Of a stretch of 64,000 nt of DNA, positions 50,059-55,671 are shown one piece after another; the stretch's first letter is position 1; every line of letters starts with the position of its first letter. Source of the DNA: an uncultured Acidimicrobiaceae bacterium. Lineage in GTDB: Bacteria > Actinomycetota > Acidimicrobiia > Spongiisociales > UBA5794. Both the position numbers and the translations under genes were made by a program. The stretch spans positions 3,102 through 67,101 of the forward strand of contig CAYWPC010000010.1 of NCBI GenBank assembly GCA_964460075.1, written 5' to 3'. Below the pieces are notes generated by a model, which searched no databases, had not been told where the DNA came from, and saw nothing but the letters and a program-made list of their open reading frames with translations.

Positions 50059-50470
50059 ATCCAGAGACGTAAGTCGATGGAGTGGCACAGGGCAAGCTCC
50101 TCACCCGAGCAGGCCTAACCGGGCGACCGGGTGCCTTTGCAGCGAAGGGCGACCGGAGCTGCAGCCTGCCGCTTCGGCGGTAGGCACAAGGTCTCGAGCA
50201 GGAGCCCAGCCTTCGAGAGGCCACCGGAGGTCCGCCGTGAGGTTGGGTCTCCACCCGGAGGCGACCTCGGTCGCCGCCGTAGCGTTTCTGCGAACCTCGG
50301 TTCGTATGAGCGGTTCCGTCCAGTGATGGAGACCTCGGTCCTCGTCGAGGACGGAGCACCCCGGGAGGAGTCGGGAGACTGGCGAGACCCGGATTGGAGT
50401 GACTGTGTCACTTCGCTTGAGAACCCCGAGAGGGCGAGGCCTCGGCCGAGCTTCCTCGGGGTTTCTCTTA
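50059..50470 (+). ncRNA. Putative novel structured ncRNA A (about 410 nt)
   Basis: Dense hairpins with UUCG, GNRA and four c(CUCG)g loops; a GAA/GGA-GNRA module; terminal hairpin homologous to ncRNA B; no credible CDS; convergent with the downstream gene. Confidence 0.65.
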
Positions 50471-50476
50471 TGTTGG
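50419..50476 (+). terminator. Intrinsic terminator-like hairpin ending ncRNA A
   Basis: GAGAACCCCGAG...CTCGGGGTTTCTC followed by TTATGTT. Confidence 0.7.
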
Positions 50477-50532
50477 CGGTGCTTGCCTCAGCGCTCCTCT
50501 GCTCCCCAATCTTGTCCACTTCCGGCGCGGCG

Positions 50533-51165
50533 TCAGCACGTCGGCTCGATTGCGATGAAGTCGACGACCCCCGAGTCACCCGGCGCGTCGAGTTTGCCGA
50601 CCATGTGGGGATCAGAGGAGCCGTCGACGACGAACGTCGCGGAGGCGATGTCGTAGGCATCCGTGACGCTGACCCGAGCGCCGTAGGAGTCGACGAGGTC
50701 ACGCCTTGTAGATCCGAGGCCTACGCCTTCTCGAGTGCGAAGGTTGGAATTCCTGAGGTCCACGGAGTTGGCGGTCACCGGATCGAAACCGTAGGACCAG
50801 CTCGCAAGGCGCTCACCGTCGACGTCCGCAATGAAGACGAGAGCGAGGGAGCCCCAAGACACGACACGGGCAGCACCGCTTGGGCATTCGGGGGCAGCAA
50901 CGGTGCTTGCGTCCTCACGTGAGTCGGCGTCCCACCCGCCGATTGCTGCAGCTATGCCAGCGATCACGGTCTCGGCATCGTCGCCGATGGCGAACGGCCC
51001 GATAGCGTCGCTTGTCAGCGTCAGATCGGTGGAAGGGGTCGGTCCGGAGGGGAGACTCGTCGTTGTCGACGGCTCGGCTGTGACGACCGGTTGTGAGATC
51101 GAACAGGCGCCTGCGAGCAGTGCAAGAGCCGTTGCGAGACGAAAAATAGGCGGAATCGAACGCAT
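50533..51165 (-). CDS. Hypothetical lipoprotein
   Basis: Lipobox LAGAC, Thr/Pro linker, one Cys pair; leaderless TACCGT-N6-ATG promoter. Confidence 0.75.
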   Translation of the reverse strand: MRSIPPIFRLATALALLAGACSISQPVVTAEPSTTTSLPSGPTPSTDLTLTSDAIGPFAIGDDAETVIAGIAAAIGGWDADSREDASTVAAPECPSGAARVVSWGSLALVFIADVDGERLASWSYGFDPVTANSVDLRNSNLRTREGVGLGSTRRDLVDSYGARVSVTDAYDIASATFVVDGSSDPHMVGKLDAPGDSGVVDFIAIEPTC

Positions 51166-51186
51166 TTCGCAACGGTAGTCGGGAGA

Positions 51187-51260
51187 CGCGAAAACTCGTC
51201 GTGGCTCGCGAAAAGCAATCAGCGTTCCAGGTTGCGAAGCCTCTCTGCATGTGCCAAATT
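51187..51260 (+). promoter_or_regulatory. Candidate ncRNA-B promoter: tandem CGCGAAAA boxes, -35 TTGCGA, N17, extended -10 TGn-CAAATT
   Basis: Boxes at 51187-51194 and 51207-51214; TTGCGA at 51232-51237; CAAATT at 51255-51260. Confidence 0.62.
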
Positions 51261-51267
51261 AATGCTT

Positions 51268-51580
51268 ACCGCAAAGGGGCAACCCGGAGCGGACCGCAAT
51301 CGGGGAGACCCGGGAGCGGGTGCCGAAGGGAAACCGGAGGCATCCGGTGTAAAAACCGGTGACCGGTCTGGAAACGGGCCGGGTCCTTGAGAGGGCACCC
51401 TCGGGTGTTCGGGGCGTCCGCCCCAGTCCTCGGCTTCGGTCGACGACAATCACAAGGAGGGTGCGAGTCTCGATTCGCATCTGGCTCCGCTTGCGGAGCA
51501 GCGAAACCGAAGGCCGCAAGGTCGGAGGCGACGTAGAGAACACCCCAAGGGGGCTTCGGCTTCCTTGGGGTTTCTCGTTG
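51268..51580 (+). ncRNA. Putative novel structured ncRNA B (about 310 nt)
   Basis: About 13 consecutive hairpins, mostly capped by GNRA/UUCG/CUUG/CUCG loops; four RAW/GGA-GNRA modules; terminal hairpin; the downstream gene has its own leaderless promoter. Confidence 0.75.
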
Positions 51581-51585
51581 TTGGC
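51536..51585 (+). terminator. Intrinsic terminator-like hairpin ending ncRNA B
   Basis: GAGAACACCCCAAGG-GGGC-TTCG-GCTT-CCTTGGGGTTTCTC followed by GTTGTT. Confidence 0.72.
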
Positions 51586-51661
51586 TCACCAACGACGAGG
51601 CGTCGTCGAGTCCACAGATGCCGGACGTCCACCGAGGTTCAAGGTGAACTATGCTGGCTGC

Positions 51662-52279
51662 ATGTCCTGGCCAGATGACGCCCTCAGCGATGACGAAACG
51701 ATCATCACCTCGTTTAGGCCTCATTGGAAGTTGCTGTTCATCCCGTTCGTGTGGTTCGTCGCGATCGTCGTGGTGTTCTCCTTTGCACTTGCGTTGCTCA
51801 CGGACCTGTGGATCGTCTGGTTGGGCATCCTTGTCGCTGCAGACGCATACTTCGTCATTCGGCCTGTCGTCAACTGGTGGTTCACTCGCTACGTGCTCAC
51901 GACGGAGCGGTTGATCACCCGAGTCGGCCTCATCGCACAGTCGGGTGTCGAGATCCCGCTCGAACGGATCACGAACGTCAACTTCTCGCAATCTGTGTTT
52001 GAGCGGTTACTCGGAGCTGGTGATCTACTGATCGAATCTGCCGGAACATCCGGGCAGAGCAAGTTTTCGAACATCCCTCACCCCGATGACTTCCAGACCC
52101 TCTTGTACAAGGTGCGCGAGAAGCGGACCATCGAGCTGAGCGGCATGCAAGACGCGCTCGACACACCCAAGGCAGACGCCGTCGACTCCATTCGCAGGCT
52201 CGCAGAGCTCCTTGAGGAAGGTCTCGTCTCACCAGAGGAGTACGAGATGAAGCGCAAAGAACTGCTCGACGAGATGTAG
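51662..52279 (+). CDS. Membrane protein with bacterial PH (bPH_2) and SHOCT domains
   Basis: RPHW, two TM segments, YVLTTERLITRVG-IPLERITNV, ERLLGAGDLLIESAG, and SHOCT LAELLEEGLVSPEEYEMKRKELL. TATGCT-N6-ATG leaderless start. Confidence 0.88.
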   Translation: MSWPDDALSDDETIITSFRPHWKLLFIPFVWFVAIVVVFSFALALLTDLWIVWLGILVAADAYFVIRPVVNWWFTRYVLTTERLITRVGLIAQSGVEIPLERITNVNFSQSVFERLLGAGDLLIESAGTSGQSKFSNIPHPDDFQTLLYKVREKRTIELSGMQDALDTPKADAVDSIRRLAELLEEGLVSPEEYEMKRKELLDEM

Positions 52280-52311
52280 AGCGGCGCATCTCGTCGCTCT
52301 GGGAAGCCTGC

Positions 52312-53124
52312 TCAGTCGGCCTGTTTCGGCGGTTCCCGTTCAGCAGGATCCTGCCGGTAGAACTCCCCCAGGACACCGTACAACTCAGGCGTGGCTGCGG
52401 CCATGTCGATGGGACGATCGAAAAAGAACTCGGTGGCGACCGCAAAGAACTCGGCGCGGTTGACCCCGGCGTAGGCGTCGAGGAACGGGTGGCCGCTCAC
52501 GCCCTCCTGCAGCGCCTCGTACTCGCGAGCACAAACTTGTTCCCATCGGCCCCGCAGCACCGTGTCCATTGGAGGCATGCCATCGGCTGCCCCATCAGCC
52601 ATGTCGATCTTGTGAGCAAACTCGTGATATACGACGTTGTGTCCGGTGTCGGGATGTGCCGCGGATCGTTTCGCCGAGTCCCACGCGATCACGACTGGGC
52701 CGTGGAGGGCAGCCTCACCGAGGATCGGGACGATCGTGTCGGTCTCCAAGATGCCGATCTCCGGCACCGAGCGTCTGCCCCTCAACACGACACTGCTCGG
52801 ATACATGATGATCGACGAGACATCTCGGTAGTAGGCATTCTCGAGTCCGAGGATCAGCAGACAGGCAGACGCCGCGACGAGGACCTTGATCTCGACGGAC
52901 TCAGCCAGCTCACTGGCCCACTCGAAGCGCTTCTCGAAGAGGAACACCTTGATGAGGCGCTCGAGGCGGGCCCTGTCATCATCGTCAAGCCATCGCCAGT
53001 GCACCATCTCAGACTCAAGCAGTACCTGCCACTCGGTGGGGAAAGGGGCTTCCATGGCCCTGCGTCGACGTCGCTGCCTTGGTGTTTCGATACGCATGGG
53101 GTCCGTTCGTCGAGCATCGATCAT
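52312..53124 (-). CDS. M90-family (MtfA-like) zinc peptidase
   Basis: GEAALHGPVVIAW, NVVYHEFAHKID and EFFAVATEFFF motifs; start may be 53097. Confidence 0.85.
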   Translation of the reverse strand: MIDARRTDPMRIETPRQRRRRRAMEAPFPTEWQVLLESEMVHWRWLDDDDRARLERLIKVFLFEKRFEWASELAESVEIKVLVAASACLLILGLENAYYRDVSSIIMYPSSVVLRGRRSVPEIGILETDTIVPILGEAALHGPVVIAWDSAKRSAAHPDTGHNVVYHEFAHKIDMADGAADGMPPMDTVLRGRWEQVCAREYEALQEGVSGHPFLDAYAGVNRAEFFAVATEFFFDRPIDMAAATPELYGVLGEFYRQDPAEREPPKQAD

Positions 53125-53146
53125 AGATTGCCGCAAGCGGTCACTG

Positions 53147-54370
53147 TCACGCTTCGTCTTGAACCCGTGCTCTATCGAAACGGGCGACGACCTCGATGTG
53201 GTATGTCTGGGGGAACAGGTCGACCGGCGTTGCCTCGACGAACTCGTAGCCGTGGGACGCGAGCATGCGAGCGTCGCGGGCGAGCGAAGCCGGGTCGCAC
53301 GAGACGTAGGCGATACGCCGAGGCATGGCAGCCGTGACGGCTTCGACGCCCCGCTCACCGAGCCCCTTGCGAGGTGGATCGACGACCGCAACGTCCCAGT
53401 ACTCGTTGAGTTGCTCGATGTCCTTCGTGAAGGAGCCGGTGATGATGTGATGGTCGATACCTGCGCCTGAGAGGTTTTGTCGTGCGAAGTCGACGGCTCT
53501 GCCCGACGCTTCGATGCCGATGACCCGTGCGGCTTTGGCGCCGACGGTTGCACCGAACAACGCAACGCCGCAGTACCCGTCGAGCAGGGTCTCGTGCGGC
53601 TCGATCATCAGCAGATCCCCTACGAGCCCGACGAGTGCCTCAGCCCCATCGGTGTTGTTCTGAAAGAATCCATCTGCTGGTATCGCAAAGTCGACACCGT
53701 CGACGATTTCGGTCAATGTGTCGGTGCCGACGATGGCCTTCGTCGAGCGCCCGTTGCGGTGTGCCACCGACGTTCCCCATTCGGCAACCTGCTCGGGTAT
53801 CTCGCCGTCGACTATCGCGAGGAGGACGCCGGTGCGTGTGCCGGAGCGAAGCGTGAGACGCTCGACGCCTGAGAGGTCGCCCAAGGCAGCGAAGACGGCT
53901 TGGAGCTCTGGCACCATCAGTAGACATTGGCTCAAAGGGACGAGATCATTCGACCGTTCCCGCGAGAGTGCAGGTGTGCCTTCGGCAACCCGAAAGTCCA
54001 TGCGGTTGCGATAGCGGAGGTTCGGACCGACGACGACGGTTTCGTGAACGACAGGGGAGCGGATCTTACCGAGATGTTCGAGTTGGCCAACGACGGTCGA
54101 ACGTTTCCATCGGCGCTGCTCCGACTCATTGGCGAACTGCCACTGGCATCCGCCGCACGCCGAGGCGTGGGGGCACGGTTGGTCTCTGCGCTCTGGTGAC
54201 GGCGCAACGATGTCGACGAGTGCCGTTCTGGCCCACGAGCCCTTGTCCTCGACCACGGTCGCTCTCACAACTTCCCCTGGCATTGCACCTGGGATGAAGT
54301 ACGCCTTTCCGTCGTGACGCGCGACGGCTTCGCCGCCGTGGGCCATGTCGTGTGGGTGGAGTTCCATCAT
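53147..54370 (-). CDS. TRAM-domain RNA m5U methyltransferase (RlmD/TrmA family)
   Basis: TRAM N-terminus, CPHASACGGCQWQ Fe-S motif, FFQNN, DGYCGV, VDPPRKG, YVSCDP and DLFPQTYHIE motifs. Confidence 0.92.
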   Translation of the reverse strand: MMELHPHDMAHGGEAVARHDGKAYFIPGAMPGEVVRATVVEDKGSWARTALVDIVAPSPERRDQPCPHASACGGCQWQFANESEQRRWKRSTVVGQLEHLGKIRSPVVHETVVVGPNLRYRNRMDFRVAEGTPALSRERSNDLVPLSQCLLMVPELQAVFAALGDLSGVERLTLRSGTRTGVLLAIVDGEIPEQVAEWGTSVAHRNGRSTKAIVGTDTLTEIVDGVDFAIPADGFFQNNTDGAEALVGLVGDLLMIEPHETLLDGYCGVALFGATVGAKAARVIGIEASGRAVDFARQNLSGAGIDHHIITGSFTKDIEQLNEYWDVAVVDPPRKGLGERGVEAVTAAMPRRIAYVSCDPASLARDARMLASHGYEFVEATPVDLFPQTYHIEVVARFDRARVQDEA

Positions 54371-54443
54371 GGCGATAACCTACCCGAGTACGGCGAACTC
54401 ATGGGAGCCGGATCGATGTGCGTGCGCGACGTTGGAGGATGCG

Positions 54444-54815
54444 TTGGATCTCAACACGGTAATGCAGTTCCACAGGGAATGGTTCTACGTAGCGGTCGGA
54501 TCTTTGGGGTTCGTGGGCGTGTGGGGACTCATCTTGGCGATCGTCAAGCGGCGGCCATCTCGTGCCTTCATCTGGGCACGAGGATTGGCGATCGGTGCGA
54601 TTCTGTTGCAGGTGGCCGCAGGCGTGTATCTCTACAGCAACGGTGAGAGGCCTGGGAACTCGTTCCACGTGTTCTACGGGGTGGTGATTGTCGCGACCCT
54701 GACGTTCGCGTACCTGTACCGGTCGACGATGGCCCAGAAGCCAGCGCTCACCTACGGTCTTCTTCTGCTGTTTGTCATGGGACTGGGATTGCGAGCTTGG
54801 GCCAACGTCGCGTAG
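54444..54815 (+). CDS. Small hypothetical membrane protein (about 4 TM)
   Basis: Hydrophobic helices, FHVFYG motif; TTG start after GGAGG (alternative ATG 54462). Confidence 0.7.
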   Translation: MDLNTVMQFHREWFYVAVGSLGFVGVWGLILAIVKRRPSRAFIWARGLAIGAILLQVAAGVYLYSNGERPGNSFHVFYGVVIVATLTFAYLYRSTMAQKPALTYGLLLLFVMGLGLRAWANVA

Positions 54816-54885
54816 CGAGTTGGCCTATTGTCATGGTCGTCATTGTCGTGGCATCGCGCCATGACCCAACAATGAAGGGGCGCGG

Positions 54886-55671
54886 ATGCTCACTGGCAAG
54901 CGGTTGCTGATAACCGGAGTGCTCACAGATGACTCGATTGCGTGGCACACGGCGCGAGTCGCGCAAGAGCAGGGCGCTGACGTTGTGCTCACCGGATTCG
55001 GTCGAGGGTTGTCGTTGACGCGACGATCAGCGAAGCGACTCCCGTCCGAAGCTGACGTATTCGAGCTCGACATCAATGACACGTCGCACATGGATGCCCT
55101 CGTCGCCCGCCTGGATGACCGGTGGGGAGGCATCGACGGTGTCCTTCATGCAATCGCCTACGCCCCAGACGATGCGCTCGGCGGGTCGTTCCTTGAAACG
55201 CCACCTGAGTCTGCGAGCACAGCCTTCCTGACCTCTGCGTTCTCGTTCAAGACCCTCGCTGTCGGCCTCAGACCACTCTTGATCAAGGCAGGGGGCGGCT
55301 CGCTCGTCGGCTTCGACTTTGACAATTCATTGGCATGGCCTGCCTACGACTGGATGGGAGTGTCGAAGTCCGCGCTGCAGTCGATCAACCGATATCTCGC
55401 ACGGTATCTCGGCAAGGACGCGATCCGGGTCAATCTGGTTTCGGCAGGGCCGATCGGCACGATCGCCGCAAAGTCGATTCCCGGCTTTGTCCAATTCGAG
55501 AATCTATGGCAGGTGAGGGCGCCCCTTGGTTGGAATCCGCGGGATCCTGAGCCCGTAGCGAGAATGGCTTGTGTGCTGTTCTCCGACTTTGCGACCGCAA
55601 CTTCCGGCGAGGTCATTCATGTCGATGGTGGTTTCCACGCCGTGGCGGCTGGCGAGACCGAGGGTTATTGA
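54886..55671 (+). CDS. fabI: Enoyl-ACP reductase (FabI/InhA)
   Basis: ITGVLTDDSIAW, HAIAYAP, YDWMGVSK, VSAGPIGT and TSGEVIHVDGG motifs. Confidence 0.95.
   Translation: MLTGKRLLITGVLTDDSIAWHTARVAQEQGADVVLTGFGRGLSLTRRSAKRLPSEADVFELDINDTSHMDALVARLDDRWGGIDGVLHAIAYAPDDALGGSFLETPPESASTAFLTSAFSFKTLAVGLRPLLIKAGGGSLVGFDFDNSLAWPAYDWMGVSKSALQSINRYLARYLGKDAIRVNLVSAGPIGTIAAKSIPGFVQFENLWQVRAPLGWNPRDPEPVARMACVLFSDFATATSGEVIHVDGGFHAVAAGETEGY

Noticed and set aside
50249-50260. RNase P RNA (CTCCACCCGGAG resembles part of rnpB)
   Set aside because: The universally conserved GAGGAAAGTCC and 3' AGAACCCGGCTTA segments are missing.
50368-50383. Cobalamin riboswitch B12-box-like GAGTCGGGAGACTGGC
   Set aside because: The other core elements (GGGAA, CCCGCnACTGT, GCCACTG...GGGAAG) are absent, and the next gene is convergent.
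50115-50922. ORF-track ORFs 50131-50922(+) and 50115-50702(-) as proteins
   Set aside because: Low-complexity Arg/Ser/Pro translations with no RBS or leaderless promoter; they overlap the real lipoprotein gene and structured non-coding sequence.
51156-51171. LexA SOS box (TCGAAC-N4-TTCGCA)
   Set aside because: The second half-site deviates strongly from GTTCGA and the site overlaps the lipoprotein start.
51301-51343. Glycine riboswitch (GGAGA...GCCGAAGG)
   Set aside because: The ligand-binding CUCUCAGG strand is absent (the partner strand is CCGGAGGC), there is no tandem aptamer, and the downstream gene is unrelated and has its own promoter.
50059-51580. tmRNA, SRP RNA, 6S/Ms1 or raiA identity for the candidate RNAs
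   Set aside because: There are no tRNA-like GGGG...CCA ends or tag ORF, no SRP GGAAGGAAGCAG core, and only 6-10 nt chance-level matches to Ms1 or raiA as I recall them. A cmscan is needed to exclude these formally.
51359-51661. N-terminal extension of the bPH_2 protein, including GTG after AAGGAGG
   Set aside because: It runs through a hairpin array and terminator, the SD-to-GTG spacing is zero, and a clean TATGCT-N6-ATG start exists at 51662.
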